Assembly: GCF_021028975.2 (NCBI RefSeq)
Contig: NC_059432.1
Location: forward strand, 16,616,001-16,680,000
Direction of reading: 5' to 3'
Source: Sphaerodactylus townsendi
Lineage: Eukaryota
DNA length: 64,000 nt
The translations under genes and the position numbers were made by a program. Below the pieces are notes generated by a model. That model did not search any database and had not been told where the DNA came from. It saw only the letters and a program-made list of their open reading frames with translations. Shown piece after piece: positions 49,301 through 61,289 of the stretch (the stretch's first letter is position 1; the number at the start of each line of letters is the position of its first letter).

Positions 49301-52300
49301 TGGCGTGAATTGGATCATGGTAAAATTAAGGCGGGATAGAAAGAAGACATTACCCAAATTCCTTCGTTCGACAAAAAATCAACCCTGGCCCAAAGCGTCT
49401 TTTAGTTTCTCAGAGAGTGTTGCCAACGCTTACGCATCCAGAGATGGCAAGAACAACTCCATGGACTCAGAGAGGGCAGAAATTCCTCATGGTATCCCAC
49501 GATGGATCCGGGTCTTCCTTTAAGAAGAAGGCTTTAGGTCAAAATTCGATAAGAATACCAGAGGAGGCCGGGGCACCTGGTCTCGGCTCCCCAGGTCGAG
49601 GGCGTCTTCTACTCTTCCAGGAAAGCTGGAAGGGCAGCCAACGTCGATGCGTGGACTGCAGAAATAAATCTCCCTAGGATATGCTTCATAGAATTTCTTT
49701 CTCTGCTCCCCTGAACCTTCTTTCTTCCTTCTCCTCTATAGCAACAAGAAGGACAAGCCAAGCGACTCTGGAAGTCAGTAAAACACCTCCTGGCGTGCCC
49801 GCCGCTAGAAGAGGTACCCAAGACAGAGATGTTCCTCCAGCACTAATACACTAAGCATTTTCTTCGGTCCCCAAAAAAATCCGGGGACTGGAGGCAATCC
49901 TGAATCTTCAAAGAATCAACAAATTCACTCAGACCCGCGAGATTCGGGGAAATGGAAACTCCTCAGAACAAATACCGGGGCCCTCAAGGAGCGGGGATTT
50001 CATGACATCTCTGGATCTTTCCGAGAGGCATATCTTCATGTACCCATAAGACCTTCTCACAGGAAGTTCCTCCAGGTTTAGGTGAACAACAGAAACATAC
50101 TGCAGTTCAGGGCCCTCCCTTTAGGCTGGCCTCGGCCCTCGAGTTTTTCGAAGCATACTGATGGCACCCATCTCTCTCTCCGTCAGCAAGGGTAATCCAC
50201 ATCCACCCCTATCTGGGCTGACCTTTTAATTAAGCTCGGTCCAGGGAACAAGCAATCCAAGGTCTGAGTTTGGTCAGACAAACCCTACAGACCTACGGTT
50301 TCATCATCAACACATCCAAAAGAGTTCCCCCCTTTTTTGAAAAGCCAACACAGCATCCCACAACTCATCTAGGGCCGTCATGAACCGCGAACAAAAGCAG
50401 CTCTCTTCCTCCCAGAAGAAAAAATAAACAACATTCAAAGAATGATAGGAATTCTTCTACAATCCCAATCCTGCATCGTCTTCTCTTTCTAGTAAAGAGA
50501 TTCTGAGACTCCTCGTGCCAACCATCGACCTCACCCAGTGGGAAGGTCTCCTTGCGTCCACTCCAACAGTTTCTCCTCCGTCCCTATCAACAGGGACATA
50601 ATTCACAAGAGAGGGACAGAAAGATTCTGATTCGCAGCTCCTGAAATCCGGCTCCGGGCTGTTGGTGGATGTGCAAAAGAGATGTATCTCAGGCTCAAAC
50701 AAAAGATTTACCATAATGCCGTCTCAGATCTCAGATCTTCACAGGCGCTTAAGTCCTATGGGCTGGAGAGCCAGCCGCCAAAACAAATATGCACAGTGGA
50801 AGGAAATGGACAGCAATCAGTCCTGTCTGCCCATCGCGTGTTGGAAGTCAGGCGATCTTCCTAGCACTCAAATCATTCCAGACCTCGGTTTTCCAATCGG
50901 CATGTCTTAATCCGCTTTTGACAACATAGCTGGCAAAGGCTCATATCAACAATCCAAGGGGGGGGTCAAGATCCTCCCGTTGCTGGGAAGATGTCCAGCA
51001 TTCTGACCTGGGCGAACACAACATCAAGAGCCTGAAGGGCAGAACACATTCACAGGGTTCTGAACCTACAAGCCGACTCGTCATTTAAGCTGAGCCGGCA
51101 ATCCATCTTCCTCCACGAATGGGGCACCTGAACAAGAATGATTTTCTGGACCATCACACAACACCTCGGGTGCCATCGCAGTGACCTCTAACGCATAGCG
51201 GCTTTCAGCACACAGTTACCACAGTTCATGTCCAGGTACTTTTCATCCCACAAAGCTCTTGCGTGTAGATGCTCTGACCAGCCCATGGTCAGCCAGGTCT
51301 TCTGTATGCCTTTCCACCCGTTCCTACTCTCATACCCAAACTTCGCCCGAAATCGCCGAAACAAAAGCTCAGATCATCTCTACATATACCCAATTGGCGA
51401 GGAGACGGTGGTTCTCCGCCGCAATACAAGAACTGTCCGGCAATACATTTGCGTTCCACATTCCGGTCGCCAACTCTGCTCCATCAGGGTCCACTTCTGC
51501 ACCCCGATCCGGGATAGTTTCCCATCTGACTGCTTAGGCTTGAGCGGAGGCGATCTGACAGACAAAGGTTATTCAACAGCGGTAACAGACACCCTTTCTG
51601 GCCTCAAGGCGTCCTGGAGCAATCGCGTGTATGCATCTATAACTACATCTGGAAGGCTTTTGTCAAATGAGATTACGACCAGACGGATGAATCCTGAACA
51701 TCCTTCCCTGGTATGCGGTGTTGGAATTCCCACTGGGCGGCTTCCAAAGCGGGGTCATGGTTCAACACCCTGAGAAGACAAAATTAAGCTGCATGTCCAC
51801 TGTATAGCCAAAAGTTCCAAGGGAATTTCAGCCTCACAACATCCGGATGTCATCAAGGTTTCTGTAAAGGCATGTTCAACAGTCGCATGCACCTACCATA
51901 CATGCCATGCGGCTTCCGCATCATAAGGGAAGCGCTCGGTCACTCGGCTCTAACAAAGTGCATGAACCGACCTCCCAGACTATCTACCACTTCGTTGGCT
52001 AAAGGATGAAGACATTATTCTTAGTGGCCATCATGCATTGCCAGAAGGGTGTTATCAGAATAAGGGCCTTTCCATTAACCCTAATTGGTAAGGCTCTTCC
52101 CGCGGCGACAAGGTGGTCGCTCAGCACAAGATCCCACCTTCAAGCCCAAGGCATCACTCTTCCTTCCATTTAGCAACAGGACATTATTTTGCTATCTTTT
52201 GTCCTCGACCAAACCATCCAAAGGAGCTATGGCACAACTTAGGCGATCAGGCGGTCTCTAAAAGCTTTTCATTATCGCGCTGCAGAATCGGGATCAGAAA

Positions 52301-53877
52301 GTCTCTCAGGCTCTTCATCAACACAGCTGCCCCAAACCCAGTAGGCATTGCCCGTATCGCTTCCATTAGTGCTAACATTAAGAGCTGTATGTTGGAAGCC
52401 CATAAGGCCATGAACATTTCAGTTCAGGCTGGCATCTGGCGCATTCCACTTCGTCAGCAGCCACTAGCGCCAGCATTCAGACATGGCGCCTCAGTGGAAC
52501 AGATCTGTACGAGCAGCCATACTTGGTCAACGCGCCTTCCGCTTTTGTTAGACGTACAAGCTAATTCCATGGGGTGCAGCTGACTGCAGTGTTCGGGCGT
52601 AGGAGTTCTGGGAACACATTATATAGATGCTTCGCGACAACCCACCCCCCAATTTGGGGACACTGCTTTGGGAGGTCCACCAAGATGTCTTGAGCCTCAA
52701 AGAGAGCGGTCCGGTGGTTCACTTGCATCGTGAAGGGGCCTTCTCTTGTAGGCGAAGGGCATCCAGGCCACTTCCCAGCGAATGGATTAGCATTTGCTCC
52801 ATGAGTCTCCAGTCTCTGTATATATATTCAGATATGAAAAGTTAGTGTTTAAAATACCTTTTCTAGGACAATTGTCCTGTGGTTGATGTTCTTCTTCGAC
52901 TAATGTTGTTCTTGGAGTTATTTCATTGTTGTTCACGTTATCTCTTTGAGGGACCTTTTTTTCACTTCATCGTGTTTCCCCTTTCTGGACTGCTTTCGGT
53001 CAGTAGAATACTGGCTTCTAAATGGATGCCAAGCCTGGACGGGAAGTGACTAAATTCTGTTTCCTGCCTCTCCTGGAATTGAGGGGTTGGAGATCACCCA
53101 CCAAGATGCCCTTAAGCCTACAAGAGAAGTTGCCCTTCACGGTAAGTGAACCAATGGATGATTCTACCAGAGGAATCATTGAGTCTGTCATCTGCACCTC
53201 CTATATAACTGTGGTTTGGTTCTGCAACCCAACAAGATCGAAACTGAACTTCAGAGACAATCAGAACTGCAGAAAAACAATTTAACGCTAGGCAACTCCT
53301 GCCTTCCATTGAGGGACCTGTATGCTGCACGGGTCCAAGGGCTGTGGAAAAAATGTTACTGACCCTCTGCATCCTGGACACAAACTGTTTCCAACTCTTA
53401 CCCTCTAAACGGCGTCGGCTACAGAGCACTGCGCACCGGGCAACTAGACATAAGGGAGTTAGTTTTTTCCCGAATGCCATCACTCTGTTCAAACAAATAA
53501 TTCCCCGATAATGTTAAACTATTTATTATATACTCTCATTATATAATTACTGCACTACTTTTTCATCATCATTCCTATTACCTCCATCTCCTCCCACTTA
53601 TGACTGTATGACTATGGCCTGTGCTGACTGTTTATTTTATTTTATTTTATTTTATTTTTATGATTTTGGTACATTTTATGTTTTCATTTACTACTGATTG
53701 ACCTGATTGCTTACTAGGATCCTATGGTGATAATCATTAAGAGCTGTAACATGCCTATGATTCTTGATAAATGTATATTTTTTCTTTTATGTACACTGAG
53801 AGCATATGCACCGGAGACAAATTCCTTGTGTGTCCAATAACACTTGGCCAATAAAGATTCTATTCTATTCTATTCTA
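46365..53877 (+). mobile_element. Rex1/Babar LINE copy 1 (46365-47109 and 53166-53877), split by DIRS
   Basis: Frameshifted RT: NMALHYILQHL, LFVDFSSAFNTI, PQGCVLSP.LFSLYTNDC, KKAQQRMFFLRQLRKLKLPKELLIQF; resumes YRGIIESVIC after the DIRS; (TATTC)n tail. Confidence 0.88.
47106..53165 (+). mobile_element. DIRS1-type tyrosine-recombinase retrotransposon, copy 1 (full length, heavily frameshifted as assembled)
   Basis: Left ITR 47106-47222; ICR 52681-52763; right ITR plus extension 53007-53165; collinear with copy 2. Confidence 0.92.
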
Positions 53878-54498
53878 AAGAAGCCGGTAGAAATGGTGGT
53901 GAATTCCTCAGGAAGCCACTCCCATCCTACCTCTCTCTCACAATACTAGACAACACAGTATCATAGTAGAGTAGACCTTTAATTTCTAGGGCTCCATCAT
54001 ATCTCGCGGAAGCTAAAATGGTCACTTAATACATCAAAATGTCATCAAAAAAAAGCACAACAAAAGAATGTTCTTTCTCGCTTCAACTCAGAAAGAAGCT
54101 CAAACCACTTTAAGGAGCTGCTGGATACAGTTCTCTTTGAGGCTTCGGGGGGCATCTTGCGGGTGGGTGATTCTCCACCCCCAATTCAGGGAGGCCAGGA
54201 AACAGAATTTAGTCACTTCCTGTCCAGGCTTGGCATCCATTTTAGCCAGTATTTCTTCTGCCTAGACAGGGGAGTGCACGAATTCTTGTCCTGGTACCCC
54301 ATTACCTAATTCCTATCTATTCTTCCTTCTTTTCGTCTCCCTGTCCAGTTTCATGTCACTCTTTGTTGTATCCCTTTTCTGTTACCTCCCTCTCTCGTTT
54401 GTCTGAAAGGTGTGACGCTAGTTTGGGGGGTTAGGGCTAAGGATAGTTAGTACCTTCCCCTCAGGGAATTCCTTCCGCCATAAAGAAGATATACCAAA

Positions 54499-56470
54499 AT
54501 GGTCACCGACGGCCGATTTTCTCCACCTCGACAGGATCTCCACAGATCTGCCGCAGAGGCTACTAGAGCCTCCTCAAACCCTCTAGTAAAGGCTACCAAA
54601 AAAAATTCTAAAGGGGCCCTCGAACCCGCCAAGATCCTCTGTAGAGCCCCTCAAGACAGAGTTCGTACCAACCGTAGCTGTCTCTCTCCTTCACCGGGGC
54701 GGAACAGCCGCCTGACAAGCTGCTGCAGGTGCAGGCGCCCGTGTCGGCTTCTGCGAGATACCAGCCCAACGCTGGAGGTTCTCGGCTCTGCCGATGCTTC
54801 AGGGCGATGACTCAGGGCGGAGAGGAGGGAAACCATCGGCCCGCATTCAGCGCAGAACGACGGCGGTGCAAAGCGCAACGGGCGGGCTTGCACCTCCACG
54901 CGCATGCATCAGTGCAAGACATTGGCTGACGGCGCCTCCACCAAGCAGGCAAAGAGACCGCCCGGCGAAGGGGAGGAGGAGCAGTTCAAGCTATGGAGGA
55001 GGGAGGGAGGCTGTTCAGCCATTTAACTGGCAGTCATTAACTCCAGCGGTTTGCAGCCTTTTAAATAAGACCATCGAGGACAAGCTGCAAAATCTTCAGT
55101 ACAGCTGATTCAGACCCCCAGGAACCTGAGATCGTGACAGCGCCCCAAAATTATTTACATGGGCGAACTAGGGGCTACCCTAGGTCCCCATTAGATGGCT
55201 CAGGCTTGCGTCCCACTCCAGGGACCCCTTTGAGGAGCAATTGCGGCCCTTCCAGTTCAGGGGCCTGACCCATGCCCTCCCCTGTCTGGGCAGCTAGGGT
55301 ACCCTAGACGGTTCTTACCCAGGGGCTAACTAGGGTTACCCTAGAATCCCCATGGAAGATCCACATTCCCTCAGGAAGAGGAGGGCAGTGGTGATGAGGA
55401 TGAAGGACAGCACTCTCCAGTGCATTTTCTGATTCTGAGGAGGTAGATGTGAGTTCTTCAGAGACCTCTACCAGGTGTTTTAAGGATGAAGAGCTAGCTC
55501 TCTAATCACCAAAACCATTTCTGCCCTGGAATTGCACGATACAGAAGATGCCCAACTGCAGAAGCGTATAACCATCACTTCCCCGATTAAAGAGCTGTCC
55601 CAAGGCAAACAGTTCCTCCCACAGGAGGAAACTCCCAAAATGGTCTTTCGATCCCTGAATTCTTTCTTAAGAAATTAAAAAGTGGGAAGCCCCAGCCTCC
55701 AACAAACACTCCATTTCAGCGGTAAAAGGCGATGCTTGGTCCCAGAATATGACTGGATTCCATCCTAAAGACTCCTCCTGTGGATGCCCCGTTGTTGCCA
55801 CCCAATCTGGGGACTTCTAGTTAAAGAAGGTGAGGGCAGCATCAAGGATGCCCTTGATAAAGAACCGACACCATGCTCAGGAGATCTCACGAATCCCTGG
55901 CTACCTCCATGAAGGCCATTTGCCCCAGCATCTACTGTGGCCAGGGCCCTTCTGGTTTAGACCAACAGAGTCCTCGATATTCTGCCCCTAGAACTATGAC
56001 AGCTAGGAAGGGGTTGATGCGATATTAGAATGGGGCATTCATTGCAGATGCTTCCTTCGATGCGCTGGTGTTATCGGCTGATCCATGTACATAATGGCCT
56101 CTTCATAGTGTGGCCCGGCGAAATGCCTGGATTAGAGCCTGGCAACCAGATGCCAATCTAGGAACATGATTACCAGCTATGCCTTTCAGGGTAATACCTT
56201 GTTTGGCGGCAATTTGGATGCATAATTAGGTGGAAACCAAGGATAAGAAGACATTACCCAAATTCCTTCGTTCGAATAAAATATTCCCTGGCCCAAAACG
56301 TCTTTTTTAGTTCTCAGAGAGTGTTACCCGCACATCCAGAGATGGCAAGAACAACTCCTGGACTCAGAGGGCAGAGGTCCTCATGGTATCCGTGGATCCG
56401 GTTCCTTCGTCCGAAGAAACTTTAGGTCAAAATTCGATAAGAATACCAGAGGCGGGGCACCCAAGTCCTG
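54499..56470 (+). pseudogene. DIRS ORF1 (gag-like), frameshifted as assembled
   Basis: Position after the left ITR; motif ARRNAWIRAWQ.DA...YAFQGNTLFG near 56110-56220 is typical of vertebrate DIRS gag; boundaries approximate. Confidence 0.6.
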
Positions 56471-56474
56471 ACTC

Positions 56475-57870
56475 CCCAGATTAGGGGGCGTCTTCTACTC
56501 TTCCAGGAAAGCTGGAAAGGCAACCGATAAAATCGTGGACTGCAGAAGCAAATACTCCTAGGATATGCCATAGAATTTCTTTCTCTGCCCCAACCTTCTT
56601 TCTTCCTTCTCCTCTAAGCAACAGAAGGACAAAGCCAGCGAACTCTGGAAGTCAGAAAAACCTCCTGGCGATAGCCGCCATAGAAGAGGTACCCAAGACA
56701 GAGATGTTCTCGGGCACTACTGCAAAATTTCTTTACGGTCCCCAAAAAATCGGGGACTGGAGGGGCAATCCTGAATCTTCAAAGAATCAGCAAATTCATC
56801 CAGACCCGCGGAGTCTTCATGTACCCATAAGACCTTCTCACAGGAAGTTCCTCAGGTTCGCGGTGAACAACAAACATTACAGTTCAGGGCCCTCCCCTTT
56901 GGGCTGGCCTCGGCCCGAAGTTTGAAGATACTGATAGCACCCATCACTCTCTCGATCAACCGAGGGGTCCATCCACCCCTATCTGGGCGACCTTTAATTA
57001 AGCTCACGGTCCAGGGAACAAGCAATCCAAGATCTGAGTTTGGTCAGACAAACCCTACAGACCTGCGGTTTCATCATCAACATCCAAAGAGTTCCTTAAA
57101 GCCAACACAAAACTCATCTAGAGCCATCGCGGAACCGCGAACAAAAGCGGCTCTCTTCCTCCCAGAAGAAAAAATAAACAACATTCAAAGAATGATAGGA
57201 ATTCTTCTACAATCCCAATCTGCATCTCTTCTACTTTCTAGTAAAGATTCTGGGAACTCTCCATAGCAACCATCGACCTCACCCAGTGGGAAGAAGGTTC
57301 CGCGCCGTCCACTCCAACAGTTTCTCCGTCCCTATCAACCAGGACATAATTCACAAAGAGGGACAGAAAGATTCTGATTCAGCAGCTCCTGAAATCGGCT
57401 CCGCTGGTGGATGTGCAAGAATCTTATTCAAGGCAAAACAATTTCTCCATACGTCTCAGATTCAGATCTTCACAAGCAAGTCTATCGGACTGGGGAGCCA
57501 GCCTGCAAAACAATATGCACAGGGGAAAATGGACATAATAATCAGTCCTGTCTGCCCATCCAGCGTGTTGGAAGTCAAAGGCGATCTTCCTAGCACTCAA
57601 ATCATTCAGACCTGGTTTCCAATCAACATGTCTTAATCCGCACCGACAACATAGCGGCAAAATCATATCAACAATCAGGGGTCAAGATCCTCCCGCGATT
57701 GCTGAAGTGTCCAGCATTCTGACCTGGGCGAAACACAACATCAAGAGCCTGAAGGGCAGAACACATTTCAAAATGAACCTACAAGCCGACTGGCTGAGCG
57801 GTAATCCATCTCTCCGGCAGAATGGGCACTGAACAAGAAGATTTTCTGGACCATCACACAACACCTCGGG
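56475..57870 (+). pseudogene. DIRS reverse transcriptase and RNase H, frameshifted as assembled
   Basis: GRLLLFQESWK, VPKKSGDWR, LHVPIRPSHRKFLRF, QFRALPFGLASA, HPYL(G)DL; RNase H-like TDNIAA..INNQG and N.QADWLS. Confidence 0.85.
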
Positions 57871-58215
57871 GTGCCATCGATCGACCTCTTCGCAACGGCA
57901 CAAAACACACAGTTACCACAGTTCATGTCCAGGTACTTTCATCCCAAAGCTCTTGCGGTAGATGCTCTGACCAGCCCATGGCCGCCAGTTCTTCTGTATG
58001 CCTTTCCACCCATTCCTCTCATACCCAAACTACTTCGAAAAATCATCGAAACAAAAGCTCAGATCATCCCCTCTTCGCTTTTAATTAGCCGAGGAGGCCA
58101 TTGGTTCTCCATAATACAAGAACTGTCAACATGTCGGCCGTTCCACATTCCGGTCTGCGCCAACTCTGCTCCATCAGGGTCCACTTCTGCACCCGATCGG
58201 GATGGTTCCATCTGA
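57871..58215 (+). CDS. DIRS DNA N6-adenine methyltransferase-like domain (C-terminal part of pol)
   Basis: IDLFATAQNTQLPQFMSR...AVDALTSPWPPVLLYAFPPIPLIPKLLRKI carries the DLFA and YAFPP motifs of the DIRS MT domain. Confidence 0.85.
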   Translation: MPSIDLFATAQNTQLPQFMSRYFHPKALAVDALTSPWPPVLLYAFPPIPLIPKLLRKIIETKAQIIPSSLLISRGGHWFSIIQELSTCRPFHIPVCANSAPSGSTSAPDRDGSI

Positions 58216-58239
58216 CTGCTTGGCGGCAATGGGAGGCGA

Positions 58240-59250
58240 TCTGACAGACAAAGGTTATTCAACAGCGGTAACAGACGCCTTCTAGCCTCAAGGCGTCCTG
58301 CGACGATGGCATCTCTAACTACATCTGGAAGGCTTTTGTCAAATGGTCTTCGACCAGACAGATAGATCCTGAACATCCTTCCTGAAATCGGTGTTGGAAT
58401 TCCTACAAGACGGCTTCCAAGCGGGTCTGCGTTCCAACACCCTGAGAAGACAAGTCGCCGCATCACTGTATGGCAAAAGTTCAAAGGAATTTCAGCCTCC
58501 ACAACATCCGGATGTCATCAGGTTTCTTAAAGAAAAGTTCAACAGTCACAGCCACCTACATGCCATAAGCTTCCCATCATGGAAGCTAAACTCGGTCCTT
58601 TCAGCTCTAACAAAGTCCCCTTCAACCGTCCAGACTATTCGCCGTTGGCTAAGGATGAAGACATTATTCTTAGTGGCCATCACATCGGCCAGAAGGGTAT
58701 CAGAATTAAGGGCCCTTTCCATTAACCCTAATTTGTGCGTCTTCCACTGACGACAAGGTGGTCCTTCGCACAGATCCCACCTTCAAGTAAGGCATCCCTC
58801 TTCCTTCCATTTGCAACAGGACATTATTTTGCCATCTTTTTGTCCTCGACCAAACCATCCAAAGGAAACATGGCACAACTTAGGCGTCCAGACGGTCTCT
58901 AAAAGCTTTCATTATCGCGCGAATCGATCAGAAAGTCTCAGACTCTCTTCATCAACACAGCTGCCCCAAACCTAGAGCATGCCCATGTCAGCGGCTTCCA
59001 TTAGTGCTAACATTAAGAGCTGTATCGTGGAAGCCCATAAGGCCATGAACATTTCAGTTCGGCTGGCATCTGGCGCATTCCACTAGATCAGCAGCCACTA
59101 ACGCAGCATTCAGACGCCTCCAGTGGAACAGATCTGCAAGGCAGCCACTTGGTCGCGCCTTCCACTTTTGTTAGGCATTTTACAAGTAATGAATTACATG
59201 GGGTGCAGCTGACACAGTGTTCGAGCGTGGGTTCTGGAACACATTATAGA
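58240..59250 (+). pseudogene. DIRS tyrosine recombinase, frameshifted as assembled
   Basis: ORF 58391-58750 LEFLQDG...HPDVIRFLK...KTLFLVAITSARRVSELRALS; AHSTR at about 59073-59087; EQICKAATWS.PSTFVRH. Confidence 0.9.
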
Positions 59251-60608
59251 TGCTTAACGACAACCCACCCTAATTTGGGGACACTGCTTGGGAGGTCCAC
59301 GCAAGATGCCGAGCCTCAAAGAGAGCGGTCCATTGGTTCACTTACGTGAAGGGGCCTTCTCTTGTAAGAGGCGAAGGGGCATCTTGGCCCTCAATGATAG
59401 TTAGCATTTATCATGAGTCTCAGTCTCTGTATATATATTCAGATATGAAAAGTTAGTGTTTAAAATACCTTTTCTAGGACAATTGTCCCTGTAGTTGATG
59501 TTCTTCTTACGACTAATGTTGTTCTGGAGTTATTTCATTGTTGTTTACGTTATCTTTGAGGGACCTTTTCACTTCATGTTTCCCTTTCTGGACTGCTCGG
59601 TCAGTCGAATACTGGCTAAAATGGATGCCAAGCCTGGACAGGAAGTGACGAAATTCTGTTTCCTGCCTCCCTGAATTGGGGGTGGAGAATCACCCACCAA
59701 GATGCCCCTTCGCCTACAAGAGAAGGCCCCTTCACGGTAAGTGAACCAATGGACCGTTCTACAGAGGAATCATTGAGTCTGTCATCTGCACCTCTATAAC
59801 TGTGTGGTTTGGTTCTGCAACCCAACAAGATCGACACAGACTTCAGAGAATAATCAGAACTGCAGAAAAAACAATTGCTGCTAACCTGCCTTCCATTGAG
59901 GACCTGTATACTGCACGGGTCAAAAAAAGGGCTGTGAAAATATTTACTGACCCCTCGCATCCTGGACACAAACTGTTTCAACTCTTACCCTCTAAACGTC
60001 GCTACAGAGCACTGCACACCAAGACAACTAGACATAAGAACAGTTTTTCGAATGCCATCACTCTGTTAACCAAATAATTCCCTCGATAATGTTAAACTAT
60101 TTATTATATACTTATTATATAATTACTGCACTACTTTTTTCATCATTCCTATTACCCATCTCCTCCCACTTATGACTGTATGACTATAGCCTGTGCTGAC
60201 ATTTTATTTTATTTTATTTTATTTTATTTTATGATTTTACATTTTATGTTTTCATTACTACTGATTGTTTCCTGATTGCTTACTAGACCTATATGACAAT
60301 CATTAAGTGCTGTACCTTATGATTCTTGATAAATGTATTTTTCTTTTATGTACACTGAGAGCATATGCACCGGAGACAAATTCCTTGTGTGTCCAATCAC
60401 ACTTGGCCAATAAAGATTCTATTCTATTCTATTCTAAAAGTGGCTTCTCCGACCCGGTGCCGTTCGCTTGGCACCGGGTACAAAACGCTGTTTTTGAAAA
60501 GACTCAGTTTCAAAAACAGCGTTTCCCTGCTGGTTGGGGGAGAAAAGGCGCAGTCCTGCCTCGTTGCAGAGGCATCAGCCAAGTGAACAGCACTCTATGT
60601 CAGTCCAT

Positions 60609-60890
60609 GGGCATTTTCCCACTTACCTTAAGTCGCGCACTACTCTCCTCAAGTAGCGTGGGGTTCCCCAGCACTCCCCACTACAGGGGCGGCAACAACG
60701 CAGCTGCCCCAACGCTGCCGCTGTTGCGCTGAGGGGGCGCACGTCATTCCTGGTGCCTTTTGAAACGGCGCCTTTTGATGACCCCGCGCAGAGCACGGGG
60801 TCGTGGGGAAGCCGGGGCGCGCGCCAGAAATGGCGTGCGCTGAGAGTTGCGCGCAGCAACCTTTGGACCAAGGTAAGTGGGGAAACGACC
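60609..60890. mobile_element. GC-rich PIF/Harbinger-like MITE, in opposite orientation to 4215-4495
   Basis: TIR GGGCATTTTCCCACTTACCTT / AAGGTAAGTGGGGAAACGACC; TSD CAT. Confidence 0.78.
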
Positions 60891-61289
60891 CATGTTAGCT
60901 CCTTTGGAGTAATTTGGATAGTATTGTTAAGTTGTCTTTTTTGCAGCAGTTATAGTAGTAGTTTAGTTTACTGTTAATGCATTGGTATAGTGTTAAAGTA
61001 TCGCTATATTGTTAATGTATGGATATATTTTAATGTAGATATATTGTCCATGTATTATTGCTTTGTTATATTGATACACTATTAATGTATTGCTGTATGG
61101 ATTTAGTATTGATATAGTGCTGCTGTCATTGTTACTGGCAAATTGTGTGTTTAAGTCGCCATCTGTATTGTGTTTAAGTCGCCATCTGTATTGGTTTCTT
61201 ATTTTTTAGTTCCATGTATTCTGTTCATATATACTCTGTTTTAATTTATATTGTTTTGCTATGTTGTTAGCCGTCCTGAGCCCTGCGGG

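Larger units (their letters stand above)
54131..59760 (+). mobile_element. DIRS1-type tyrosine-recombinase retrotransposon, copy 2
   Basis: Left ITR 54131-54253; right ITR 59608-59724 is its reverse complement, plus 3' extension 59725-59760; ICR 59302-59387 is complementary to both termini. Confidence 0.95.
53879..60436 (+). mobile_element. Rex1/Babar LINE copy 2 (53879-54134 and 59761-60436), split by DIRS at the same nucleotide
   Basis: Starts at the equivalent of about 46866; ORF 59802-60077 WFGSATQQDRHRLQRIIRTAEKTI...DPSHPGHKLFQLLPSKRRYR is the Rex1-type ORF end; (TATTC)n tail. Confidence 0.9.

Noticed and set aside
57871-59250. Methyltransferase next to a tyrosine recombinase, suggesting a prophage or bacterial contamination
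   Set aside because: Both domains are standard parts of DIRS retrotransposons and lie between ITRs, with an ICR, inside a vertebrate LINE
47106-59760. Reading the many frameshifts as evidence of an ancient decayed element, or of programmed frameshifting
   Set aside because: ITRs and ICR match closely and the indels differ between copies at homopolymers, which fits raw long-read error; age cannot be inferred from this assembly
61147-61192. 23-bp tandem duplication TGTTTAAGTCGCCATCTGTATTG (also a 19-bp one at about 5779-5818)
   Set aside because: Ordinary slippage-type duplications with no further structure
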